Made by a program: the position numbers and the translations under genes. Below are positions 10,013-18,831 of a stretch of DNA of 64,000 bases, one piece after another (the stretch's first letter is position 1; the number at the start of each line of letters is the position of its first letter). A model generated the notes under the pieces. That model had not been told where the DNA came from. It worked only from the letters and a program-made list of their open reading frames with translations, and ran no database searches. This DNA is from Chthoniobacteraceae bacterium (GTDB lineage Bacteria; Verrucomicrobiota; Verrucomicrobiia; Chthoniobacterales; Chthoniobacteraceae). The stretch spans positions 1-64,000 of the forward strand of contig JANNXQ010000127.1 in NCBI GenBank assembly GCA_031409655.1, read 5' to 3'.

Positions 10013-10243
10013 GGCTCTTCCGCAATCCGCTCAAAGCTCCTGAACTCGCCGGAGTTGCCTGGCCAATCCTTCCATGTCCTCCCCGCGCTCGTTGGATCCT
10101 CTTTCCGCACTCTTCATCTGTGCCAACCCCACGTTTGTTGACACCAGCTCCCCTGGCGGAACTGGTGTTCATTTTGATCCCGCTCGACCAGCTCATTGAA
10201 TCCATCATCTTTCTTGTCGCTCTATTCGTCACGCAAACTCCAA

Positions 10244-10930
10244 ATGAATGAAGTGCATCACCCGATGAACCACGACGTCGAGCTACACGGATTTGCAGGC
10301 GTCTCTCGTGTTATCGAAACCGATGAGCAGCGTGGGTTGCTTTCTGCTCTTGGTCCTCTTTCCGGCGCCGGGCGTCGCGGTCTTCTCGCTTTACCCGCGG
10401 TTGCCGAGCTAGCTCGTTCGCCGAGGCTTTTAGCCCTCGTTCGTCCACATCTGCCATCCGAGCCGTTGCCAGTTCGCGCCCTCTACTTCGATAAGACCTC
10501 GGATACGAATTGGCTGGTTCCGTGGCACCAGGATTTGACACTGGCGCTCCGCGCCAGGGTCGAGGTGCCGGGCTTTGGCCCTTGGAGCACGAAGGACGGT
10601 ATTCCTCACGTTCAGCTTCCGGTTGAGCTTCTCGAGCAGATGCTCACGGTGCGGCTTGCTCTCGACGACGCCGACGAGTCCAACGGAGCTTTACGTGTCT
10701 TGCCTGGTTCGCATCGCTTGGGTCGGCTTTCAGCCGCCCGCATTCAACAGTTACGCGGGGAACGGTCCGACTTTCTCTGCGCCGGATGCGCAGGCGACGC
10801 ATTGCTCATGCGTCCCCTGCTGCTCCATGCTTCCAGTCGTTCCACCAGCACCCGGCATCGTCGCGTCTTGCACGTCGAGTATGCCGCGTTCACGCTTCCC
10901 CCCAAACTCAGCTGGCATGAAACGGCTTAA
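10244..10930 (+). CDS. Phytanoyl-CoA dioxygenase (PhyH) family 2OG-Fe(II) oxygenase
   Basis: FDKT..TNWLVPWHQD, NGALRVLPGSH, PLLLHASS, RRVLHVEY; alternative start at 10265. Confidence 0.88.
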   Translation: MNEVHHPMNHDVELHGFAGVSRVIETDEQRGLLSALGPLSGAGRRGLLALPAVAELARSPRLLALVRPHLPSEPLPVRALYFDKTSDTNWLVPWHQDLTLALRARVEVPGFGPWSTKDGIPHVQLPVELLEQMLTVRLALDDADESNGALRVLPGSHRLGRLSAARIQQLRGERSDFLCAGCAGDALLMRPLLLHASSRSTSTRHRRVLHVEYAAFTLPPKLSWHETA

Positions 10931-10934
10931 TCCG

Positions 10935-11030
10935 CTCGTTGCCGTGCTCGGCTCGACCACCGATTCCGGGCGCTACGTCGACACGCGCAATCTTTTCCGC
11001 TGGGCCTGGCGGCAGGTGGGCGCGAAGTGA
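10935..11030 (+). pseudogene. Probable C-terminal remnant of a D-alanyl-D-alanine carboxypeptidase (peptidase S11)
   Basis: Reads LVAVLGSTTDSGRYVDTRNLFRWAWRQVGAK-stop directly after the phyH stop, resembling the VVLGS...R..D...L..W ending of S11 catalytic domains. Confidence 0.5.
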
Positions 11031-11050
11031 GCCCGGTTCGAGTTCGGAAC

Positions 11051-11662
11051 CTATTGCTCGCCGACGTAAGGGTTCGTCCGCCGCTCGATGCCGATCTTCG
11101 TCGCGGGGCCGTGGCCGGGGAGGACGGTGACGTCGTCTTCGAGCGCGAAAACTTTCTCCCGGATGCCGCTGAAGAGCAGATCGCGGTCGCCGCCCGGCAG
11201 ATCCCAGCGTCCGACGCCGCCAGCAAAAAGCACATCTCCGCCAAAGAGCACGCGGTCTGCTTTCTCCAGGAAGCACAAGCTTCCGGGGCAGTGTCCGGGC
11301 ACCAATAATACCTGAAAATCCACGCCCTCAATCACCTCCGACGCGCCCTCGTCGATCAGAAAGTCGGCATTCACCGGGTCGATATCCCAGCCAAAGCCGA
11401 ATTTCTTGAAGAAGCCCGGCACGGTGAGCATTTCCACGCCGTCGCGATGGTAGCCGACGCGGCAGCCGTGCGCGCGCTGGATGCGGGCGGCGTCCCAGAC
11501 GTGGTCGATGTGGCCGTGCGTGAGCAGGAGCGTCTTCACCTTGTGCCCCGCACCTTCCAGCCAGCGCGCGGTGTCCTGCGGGGCGTCGATCAGGATGCCC
11601 GAGGCCGGGAGAAAGAAGCAGTTTGTCTCAAAGATTCCCCCGGTGAAGGTCTGTATTTCCAT
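11051..11662 (-). CDS. MBL-fold metallo-hydrolase (glyoxalase II-like)
   Basis: LTHGHIDH, PGHCPGS, GDVLF.GGVGRWDLPGGD, PGHGPAT. Confidence 0.92.
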   Translation of the reverse strand: MEIQTFTGGIFETNCFFLPASGILIDAPQDTARWLEGAGHKVKTLLLTHGHIDHVWDAARIQRAHGCRVGYHRDGVEMLTVPGFFKKFGFGWDIDPVNADFLIDEGASEVIEGVDFQVLLVPGHCPGSLCFLEKADRVLFGGDVLFAGGVGRWDLPGGDRDLLFSGIREKVFALEDDVTVLPGHGPATKIGIERRTNPYVGEQ

Positions 11663-11826
11663 GAAGAAAAAGCGGCGGTTTGGCGATGGGGCGAATGGAT
11701 TGGAGGCACCACGCCCACAATACAACCGCCAAATCGCCGAAATGCGAATTTGCGCAAATCACACCGGTTGCTCTTTCGCCGGATTCTGCCACCTTCTTCG
11801 GCCTTGGCCCCAAGCAGTTTTACACG

Positions 11827-14058
11827 ATGAAATTCTTCCGCTTCCTCCGCCTCCCGCTCGCCTCCCTTTTTATCTTCTCGATGGTCGGGATCGCGGCGGA
11901 CGAGCCAGACCCCGGTCAGATCCAGATCTCCGTCGGGCGCCTCCTCGAGCAGGGGCACTACAGTCGGCAAAAGCTGGACGACAAAATGTCGGCGCGCTTC
12001 CTCAAGAACTACATCGAGGCGCTCGACTACTACCGGCTCTACTTCACGCAGAAGGACATCGACGCGTTGAACGTAAAGTACGCCACCTCGCTGGATGACG
12101 ATATCCTCCTCGGCAACCCCGATCCCGCCTTCGCCATCTACAACATCTACAAGAAGCGGGTGGAAGAGCGCGCGGCGAAGGTGAAGGAACTGCTCAAGAA
12201 GGAATACAAGTTTGACAGCGACCGGGCGATCGAGATCGACCGCAAGGCGGCTCCCTGGCCGAAGGACGAAGCGGAGTCCGAGCGGCTCTGGAGGGATCGC
12301 CTGGAAGGCGAACTCCTCCAGGAATCGATGAACAAACACGCGGTCGATACGCCCGTGAAAGTGCTCACCCGGCGTTACGACCAACTCCTCCGCAATCTGA
12401 AGGAGCAAACGAAAGACGACGTGGTGAAGATTTTCCTCTCCGTGTTGTCGCAGACCTACGACCCGCACTCCGAGTATATGAGTCGCTCGGAGCTGGAGAA
12501 TTTCAGTATCAATATGCGTCTCTCGCTGGTCGGCATCGGCGCGGTGCTTCAGTCCGACGATGGTTACGCGAAGATCATGGAACTCGTCCCTGGCGGACCG
12601 GCTTCGAAGGATGCCCGGCTGAAGGTTGGCGACCGCGTCACGGCTGTCGCGCAGGGGGAGAAGGACTTTGTGGATGCCGTGGACATGAAACTCGACAAGG
12701 TCGTGGAGATGATCCGCGGAAAGAAGAGCACCTCGGTGCGGCTGCAGGTGCTTCCGGCAAATGCGACCGATCCTTCGGTGCGCAAGGTCATCGAGATCAC
12801 CCGCGAGGAGATCAAGCTCAAGGACCAGGAGGCCAAGGCCGAGATCATCGAGCGTCCGGCGCCCGACGGTCACATCCAGCGCCTCGGCTGGATCGTGCTC
12901 CCTTCCTTTTACGCTGACATGGAGCGCAGCGGAGTCGCTGGTGCGAAGAGCACCACGAAAGATGTGCTGGCGTTGGTCAATCGCCTCAAGCAGGAGAAGG
13001 TCGAAGGCATCGTGATGGATTTGCGGCGCGACGGTGGCGGATCGCTGGAGGAAGCGGTGAATCTGACCGGGCTCTTTATTAAGAAAGGCCCCGTGGTGCA
13101 GGCGAAGGACAGCAACGGGAACATCCACGTCTCGAAAGATCGCGACGCGTCGGTGGCGTGGGATGGCCCGCTCATCGTTTGCACGAACCGGCTGAGCGCC
13201 TCGGCGAGCGAGATTTTTGCGGCGGCCTTGCAGGACTACAACCGCGCGGTGATCGTGGGCGACAGCAGCACCTTCGGCAAAGGCACCGTGCAGACGATGC
13301 TGGAGATCGGGCGGATCATGCCCTTCCTTGGCGGGGGCACGAATGAGGCTGGCGCTCTCAAGCTGACCATCCAGAAATTTTACCGCATTGCCGGGGGCAG
13401 CACCCAGCTCCGCGGGGTGGAGAGCGATGTGAAGCTCCCGTCGCTCTACGATCACAGCACCATCGGCGAAAGCGCGCTGAAGGGCCCGCTGCCCTACGAC
13501 ACCGTTGAGCCCGCGGATTTCGAGAAGATTGATCGCCCGCTCTTTAAGCCTGAACTCAAGCAGCGCTCCGCCTCCCGAATCGCGCTCGACCCGGAATTCC
13601 GCTACCTCATGGAAGACGTGGAAAAGGCGAAGGGACGCATCGCGGAGAACCAAGTGTCCCTGAATTTGGCCACGCGGCAGAAGGAGATCGACGAAGAGAA
13701 AGTGATCAAGGAGAAGCGGAACGCCGAGCGCGCCAAGCTCCAGGTGCCCGACCAGAAGGCTTACTCGCTGACTCTCGACGTGGTGAACAAACCCGAACTG
13801 CAACTCGTGAAGGTGGAGAAGAAAGTGGAGGAACCGAAAGCGGGAGCCGAGTTTCCGACTCCCAAAATTAAAGCGACAACACCGGCTCTTACTCCCGCTG
13901 ACGACGAAGCTGCTGCGGAAGAAGAAGATCAGGATGCGAAGAAGATCGGTCGCGACCCGGTGAAGAACGAAACGCTCAACATCCTCACCGACCTCATCCA
14001 GCTTCAGCGGGGCGGGGTGACGAAAAAGGAAACCGCAAGCACGGTGCCGGCGAAGTAA
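11827..14058 (+). CDS. prc: Carboxy-terminal processing (tail-specific) protease
   Basis: Signal peptide; YDPHSEYM; PDZ (SLVGIGAVL); DLRRDGGGSL; SASASEIFAAALQDY; TFGKGTVQ; KLTIQKFYR..GGSTQ.RGV. Confidence 0.93.
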   Translation: MKFFRFLRLPLASLFIFSMVGIAADEPDPGQIQISVGRLLEQGHYSRQKLDDKMSARFLKNYIEALDYYRLYFTQKDIDALNVKYATSLDDDILLGNPDPAFAIYNIYKKRVEERAAKVKELLKKEYKFDSDRAIEIDRKAAPWPKDEAESERLWRDRLEGELLQESMNKHAVDTPVKVLTRRYDQLLRNLKEQTKDDVVKIFLSVLSQTYDPHSEYMSRSELENFSINMRLSLVGIGAVLQSDDGYAKIMELVPGGPASKDARLKVGDRVTAVAQGEKDFVDAVDMKLDKVVEMIRGKKSTSVRLQVLPANATDPSVRKVIEITREEIKLKDQEAKAEIIERPAPDGHIQRLGWIVLPSFYADMERSGVAGAKSTTKDVLALVNRLKQEKVEGIVMDLRRDGGGSLEEAVNLTGLFIKKGPVVQAKDSNGNIHVSKDRDASVAWDGPLIVCTNRLSASASEIFAAALQDYNRAVIVGDSSTFGKGTVQTMLEIGRIMPFLGGGTNEAGALKLTIQKFYRIAGGSTQLRGVESDVKLPSLYDHSTIGESALKGPLPYDTVEPADFEKIDRPLFKPELKQRSASRIALDPEFRYLMEDVEKAKGRIAENQVSLNLATRQKEIDEEKVIKEKRNAERAKLQVPDQKAYSLTLDVVNKPELQLVKVEKKVEEPKAGAEFPTPKIKATTPALTPADDEAAAEEEDQDAKKIGRDPVKNETLNILTDLIQLQRGGVTKKETASTVPAK

Positions 14059-14076
14059 CCGCACGGACTTCGATTT

Positions 14077-14226
14077 CGGGGAGCATAGGCGTCTCTCCTG
14101 TTGGTTTCGGCGTCTCGCCGGAACGAACTTACCTGGCCCTCCGAAGTGAAAATTGAAGGACCGATCGTGAGGACGGGAGTGGGGTGCCCGTCCGTGTGGT
14201 GCCGGTGCGAGGCGCGGTGCTCCCCG
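14077..14226. repeat. Degenerate REP-like inverted element between convergent genes
   Basis: Ends cggggagca / tgctccccg, with an internal tttcggcgtctcgccggaa hairpin. Confidence 0.5.
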
Positions 14227-14229
14227 GAG

Positions 14230-15024
14230 CTACGCCACGCCGAACTTTGCCGCGAGGTGCAGCGAGTCGCCGCCGCGCACCGCGATGTCGCGCAGCTTCA
14301 TCCCGCCGAGGCCGAAGGCGAGCAGCGGGATTTCGCGGTTTTCCCACTTTGCGAGCAGGGGATGCGCGACGGTGTTGATCATCGTGCCGATCATCCCATC
14401 GGCGCTGGCTCGGAGCTGCGCGAGGCGGGCCGTGAGCGTGTCATCCACGGAGACTTCGCCCGCGAGTTTCACGGCGGCGCTCATGATGAACATTTTCGCC
14501 GTCACCTCGGCGCGCACCGAGAGGTGCCGGGTGTCGCGGGCGGTAAGTTCGAGGGTCGTCTTCTTGACCTCGACGCCGTGGTCGCCGGCCGCCTTCATGG
14601 CGACGCGCTGGAGCATCGCCTCGAGATCGCTCCTCCCAGCTTCGATCTCCACGTCGCCTTGCTCCGCCACGGTCAGCGCCAGCATCGCCTCGCCCTCCGC
14701 GCTTTGGGTGAAGCCAAAGACCACGTCGCTGGCGTTCAGGCACAGGCGCAGCGGGGTCCCTTCAAAATGAATCGGCGCGCCGACGATCTCGAATCGATCG
14801 ACGCGCAGTGTCTCGGCACCGGCGACCGCGGCTTCCGGGAGGCGCACATGCTGCGTCACCCGCGCTCCGCTCAAGTCGATGGTGAGGCAATCGATCGCTG
14901 GCCATACCGCAGCCTCCACCCGCACTTTCGCGGGCGCAAAGCCGTGGGCGGCGAGGCCGGCCTGGAGCGATTCGACGAGGGCGGCGGCATTGGCGGGAAA
15001 TTTTTCCCCAGCGAGTGGAAGCAT
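14230..15024 (-). CDS. Hypothetical protein
   Basis: 264-aa ORF with typical codon usage filling the gap between prc and the esterase. Confidence 0.7.
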   Translation of the reverse strand: MLPLAGEKFPANAAALVESLQAGLAAHGFAPAKVRVEAAVWPAIDCLTIDLSGARVTQHVRLPEAAVAGAETLRVDRFEIVGAPIHFEGTPLRLCLNASDVVFGFTQSAEGEAMLALTVAEQGDVEIEAGRSDLEAMLQRVAMKAAGDHGVEVKKTTLELTARDTRHLSVRAEVTAKMFIMSAAVKLAGEVSVDDTLTARLAQLRASADGMIGTMINTVAHPLLAKWENREIPLLAFGLGGMKLRDIAVRGGDSLHLAAKFGVA

Positions 15025-15104
15025 GACGCGCGAGCGTCCGGCGGAGACTTGTCAGCGTCAAGCTCCGCGACCATTGATGGCCCCGACGGTTTCACTTTGT
15101 GCCC

Positions 15105-16004
15105 ATGAAAATTCTCCTCCTCCCTCTGCTTCTCCTCGCCAACTTCGCTGTCGCAACCGCGCAGCAGGCCAAACCAGCGCCACTCCCGTCCGGCATCGAA
15201 GTGCTGCGCGACATCGAGTACGTCCCCGGCGGCGGCGAACGTCATTCGCTGGATATTTACGTTCCGGAAAAAGCCGGAGCACCCTTGCCGTTGGTCGTCT
15301 GGATTCACGGTGGCGCGTGGAAGGCAGGCAACAAGGCCAACCCGCGTGCGCTGCCGTTGCTCGGAGCTGGGTTCGCGGTCGCCGCGATCAACTACCGCTA
15401 TTCGAGCGAGGCCGTCTTCCCCGCGCAGATCGAAGACTGCCGCGCGGCGATCCGTTTCCTGCGCGCGAATGCGGCCAAGTATCGCATCGATCCCAAAGCG
15501 ATCGGTGTCTGGGGATCCTCTGCTGGCGGCCATCTCGTGGCGATGCTCGGCACCGCTGGAGACATGAAAGATTGGGACAAGGGTCAGAATCTCGATCAAT
15601 CAAGCCGCGTGCAGGCGGTGTGTGATTGGTTCGGTCCGAGTGATCTTCTCACCATGGGCGCGCAGGGCGCGAACGATCGTCCGCTTCCCGCCACCGATTC
15701 TCCCGAGTCGCCCGAGAGCCAGCTTATCGGCGGCAATGTGCAGGACCACAAAGACAAGGCGCGCGCGGCGAGCCCGGTGAACTACGTGAGCCCCGGCGAT
15801 CCGCCCTTCTTCATCGTGCATGGTACAAAAGATCCGCTCGTGCCGCTGGCGCAGAGTCGCGAACTCCACGAAGCGCTGAAGCTGGTGGGTGTCGATACGA
15901 CTTTGCACGTGGTGCAGGGCGGGGGACACGGCCAGGGCTTTGATCCGGCGCTGATGAATACTCTGGCCCGCGACTTTTTCACGAAGCACCTCGTGAAGCG
16001 CTGA
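15105..16004 (+). CDS. Secreted alpha/beta hydrolase (acetyl/carbohydrate esterase-like)
   Basis: Signal peptide; WIHGGAW; GSSAGGHL nucleophile; HGTKDPLVP; GGHG. Confidence 0.92.
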   Translation: MKILLLPLLLLANFAVATAQQAKPAPLPSGIEVLRDIEYVPGGGERHSLDIYVPEKAGAPLPLVVWIHGGAWKAGNKANPRALPLLGAGFAVAAINYRYSSEAVFPAQIEDCRAAIRFLRANAAKYRIDPKAIGVWGSSAGGHLVAMLGTAGDMKDWDKGQNLDQSSRVQAVCDWFGPSDLLTMGAQGANDRPLPATDSPESPESQLIGGNVQDHKDKARAASPVNYVSPGDPPFFIVHGTKDPLVPLAQSRELHEALKLVGVDTTLHVVQGGGHGQGFDPALMNTLARDFFTKHLVKR

Positions 16005-16008
16005 GCGT

Positions 16009-16127
16009 GGGAGCGCCGACGTCCCGTGCGGCAATCGTCCTCGCCGCGAAGCGGCCATTTCGCTTTTAGAGAATGGCGCGCTGCGCGCGGAATGATTTGG
16101 TTTGCCGCACGGGACGGCGGCGCTCCC
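16009..16127. repeat. REPIN-like inverted repeat, 26-bp arms
   Basis: gggagcgccgacgtcccgtgcggcaa (16009-16034) / ttgccgcacgggacggcggcgctccc (16102-16127), one mismatch; fills the gap between two convergent stop codons. Confidence 0.85.
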
Positions 16128-16128
16128 G

Positions 16129-16677
16129 TCAATCCGCTCGCGGGGCCTTGAGTTGCTTGAGCAGCGCGGGACGAGTGGTCGGAAGACGGTGATAGACGCG
16201 ACCCATCGCTACGGCGGGGGTCACGCCGGGCTGGCCTTGGATGCCGAGCAGGCGCACGAGTTCGGACTCGAAGTGCAGCAGCGCGCGCAGGTTCGGCTCC
16301 TGGGCATTCAGGTATCCGAAGGCGCGCTGGAGCAGTGCGTAGAGTTCGGGCGCGGGATGATCGGTCTCCGTCACGAGTTCGATGAGTTCGACAAAGTACG
16401 AGGCGAGCGCGACTCGACCGTAGTCGAGTCGCACACCGGCGTGCGGATTGCGGAGCGCCACTTCGCGCAGGATGTGCAGTTCGCTCCGGCGTGATCGCGC
16501 GAATTGAATTTCGCAGTCGAAGAAAAGATCGAGCACACCGGCAAACTTGCTCTTCGCCTGGCGCGCGCCCTTCGCGACCGTCTTGAGCTTTCCGTGATCC
16601 GCCGTGAACCACGTGATGATGAGGCTCGTCTCGGTGAGCTTCGTCTTGCGGAGCAGGATGGCGGACGTCGTATCCAC
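16129..16677 (-). CDS. recO: DNA repair protein RecO
   Basis: AILLRK..LTETSLIITWFT.DHGKLKTVAKGAR..KSKF.G.LDLF, LLHFE.ELVRLLG. Confidence 0.88.
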   Translation of the reverse strand: MDTTSAILLRKTKLTETSLIITWFTADHGKLKTVAKGARQAKSKFAGVLDLFFDCEIQFARSRRSELHILREVALRNPHAGVRLDYGRVALASYFVELIELVTETDHPAPELYALLQRAFGYLNAQEPNLRALLHFESELVRLLGIQGQPGVTPAVAMGRVYHRLPTTRPALLKQLKAPRAD

Positions 16678-16681
16678 GGCG

Positions 16682-18739
16682 CTACCGTTGCCGATTGCGG
16701 AGCGTCGCCAGGGCGAGCAGCGGCCAGTTATTCCGATACATGTCGTAGCGCAGATAGAAGACGCGCGGAAAGCCCGTGCCCGTGGTCTCCGGTTCGGGCC
16801 AGGAGCCGTCGGGATTTTGCCGCTCGGTGAGAAAAGCCACGCCGCGTCGAATCGCCCGGCGCTCGATCATCTCCGGTGGCGAAGCCGCGAGCAGGCCCAT
16901 CAGCGCCCAGGCGGTTTGCGACGGGGTGCTCGGGCCTTTGCCCTTCAAGTGCGGATCGTCGTAGCTCGCCGCCGTCTCGCCCCAGCCACCGTCGTCGTTC
17001 TGGCAACTCTCGAGCCACTCGCGCGCCCGCACGATCCAGTCTTGGCGCATGTCTTCGCCGATGGCCTGCAAGCCGCGCAGGACCTGCCAGGTGCCGTAGA
17101 TGTAGTTCACGCCCCAGCGGCCATACCACGAGCCGTCCGCATCCTGGGTCTTGTGGAGAAAAGTGAGCGCATTCTGCACGGTAACGCTCTCGCGCGGATG
17201 GCCGATGCGCCCGAGCAGTTCGAGGACGCGTCCGGTGAGATCGCTGCACGTCGGATCGATGATCGCGTGGTGATCGGCAAAGGGAACCTCTTCCAGCCAG
17301 CGCTGCGTCACATCGCGATCGAAAGCCGCCCAGCCACCGTCCTTGCACTGGAAGCTGAGCAACCAGCGCAAGGCACGCTGAAAGGATGAAGGATGAAGGA
17401 TGAAGGATGAAGTGTCGGGTCGTGGCATTTCCGATCCCGCCGCCGAAGGCCCATCCACTTCATCCTTCATCCTTCCGCCTTCATCCTTTCGCCCCAGCGC
17501 CAGCGCCATCAGCACCATCATCGTGTCGTCGGTGTCGGGATAGTGGACGTTGTTAAACTCAAAGGCCCAGCCGCTCGGTTCGACGCCAGGATTCTGCACC
17601 CGCCAGTCGCCCCCTTTGCGGACCTCCTTCTTTGCGAGCCAGACCATGGCGCTGCGGATTTCCTCCCGCTGCGGATCGATTCCGCTTTCGATCAGCGCCA
17701 CCAGATTGATCGCCGTATCCCAGACCGGCGAGAGACACGGTTGAATGCGGAAGTCCTGCGGGTCATCGACAAAGAGCCCCGCGAAATCCTTCTTCGCCTT
17801 CACGAGCAGCGGATGATCCGCTGGATAGCGCAGGGTCTTCAGCGCGATGAGCGAGTTCAGCATCGCCGGGAAAATCGCCGCGAGCCCATCGCTGCCTTCG
17901 CCCATGCGCTGCGTCATCCAGCGTTCCGCGAGATCGAGTGCGCGGCGGCGCCAGGGCTTCCAGGGCACGCGATGGAGCAGCTTCAGCAGGCGGTCGCAGG
18001 CGAGGAAAAAATTTGGCCACGAGAGCCGCGGATGACGCCACGCGAGACCGAGATTTTCCTGCTCACTGCCGATGGGATAGAGCTCGTGGAGGTGCAGTGC
18101 TCCGGGGAGTTGGCGGGTCGGTTTGTAGTGATTGAGGATCGCCAGAGGCACGAGCATCGCGCGGCTCCACGAGGAGAGTTCGTAGAGGTGAAAGCCGCAC
18201 CAGCTCGGGAAAAACATCATCTCGACCGGCACCGTCGGCAGATACTTCCACGGGAACTGGCCGAGCAGCGCGAGGTAGAGCTTCGCGTAAGTATTCATCC
18301 GCGGGATGCCGCCGAGCCGCAGCACACAGGCGCGGGCCTCGCGCATCCACGGATCGGTGGGCGAGTGGCCCCCGAGCTTCAGCGCGAAGTAGGCTTTCAC
18401 GCTCGCATTCAAGTCGCTCGGTCCGCCGATATACAGACTCCACCCGCCATCGCCGAGTTGGCGGCGGCGGATGTGCGCCACGCATTTCTCCTGGAGCACG
18501 CGGTCCACCTCGTCCGCCCAATGCATGTAGAGCACGTAGTCCGAGCAGAGCGTCACATCGGCAAATAGCTCGCCGCACCAGTAGCCGTCCGCGTGCTGGA
18601 GGCGGAGGAGATTCTGCTGCGCGCGGGCGATGGCGCGATCGAGCGCCGACTGCTGGTCAGAGTCGGCGGGGTGCGGCGTTCGATGTTCGATGTTCAAAGT
18701 TCGATGCTCGATGTTTGATCCGGGGCTGAAGCTCAGCAT
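16682..18739 (-). CDS. shc: Squalene-hopene cyclase
   Basis: QW repeats (QHADGYW, QLGDGGW, QCKDGGW, QDADGSW, QNDDGGW, QNPDGSW), YPDTDDT DXDD motif, GTGFPRVFYLRY; start uncertain. Confidence 0.95.
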   Translation of the reverse strand: MLSFSPGSNIEHRTLNIEHRTPHPADSDQQSALDRAIARAQQNLLRLQHADGYWCGELFADVTLCSDYVLYMHWADEVDRVLQEKCVAHIRRRQLGDGGWSLYIGGPSDLNASVKAYFALKLGGHSPTDPWMREARACVLRLGGIPRMNTYAKLYLALLGQFPWKYLPTVPVEMMFFPSWCGFHLYELSSWSRAMLVPLAILNHYKPTRQLPGALHLHELYPIGSEQENLGLAWRHPRLSWPNFFLACDRLLKLLHRVPWKPWRRRALDLAERWMTQRMGEGSDGLAAIFPAMLNSLIALKTLRYPADHPLLVKAKKDFAGLFVDDPQDFRIQPCLSPVWDTAINLVALIESGIDPQREEIRSAMVWLAKKEVRKGGDWRVQNPGVEPSGWAFEFNNVHYPDTDDTMMVLMALALGRKDEGGRMKDEVDGPSAAGSEMPRPDTSSFILHPSSFQRALRWLLSFQCKDGGWAAFDRDVTQRWLEEVPFADHHAIIDPTCSDLTGRVLELLGRIGHPRESVTVQNALTFLHKTQDADGSWYGRWGVNYIYGTWQVLRGLQAIGEDMRQDWIVRAREWLESCQNDDGGWGETAASYDDPHLKGKGPSTPSQTAWALMGLLAASPPEMIERRAIRRGVAFLTERQNPDGSWPEPETTGTGFPRVFYLRYDMYRNNWPLLALATLRNRQR
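17380..17490. repeat. Inverted (GGATGAA)n element in frame inside shc
   Basis: 35-bp arms at 17380-17414 and 17456-17490 with two mismatches; 111 bp = 37 codons. Confidence 0.9.
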
Positions 18740-18773
18740 CGAACATCGAACTCCGCACGTCGAACCTCGAACG
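18677..18773. repeat. Inverted pair of heptamer arrays (TGTTCGA)n / (TCGAACA)n over the shc 5' end
   Basis: Arrays at 18677-18718 and 18733-18773. Confidence 0.88.
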
Positions 18774-18831
18774 CATCGTCCCCTCGCTTGCACTGCGCCC
18801 TTTGCCCCACCATCTTCCCCGCCCGCCCGGT

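Noticed and set aside
11590..14064. Long antisense ORFs (824 aa here; also 19982-21559, 54125-55654, 59805-61946)
   Set aside because: They shadow well-supported genes on the other strand, as expected at high GC, and have no recognisable motifs
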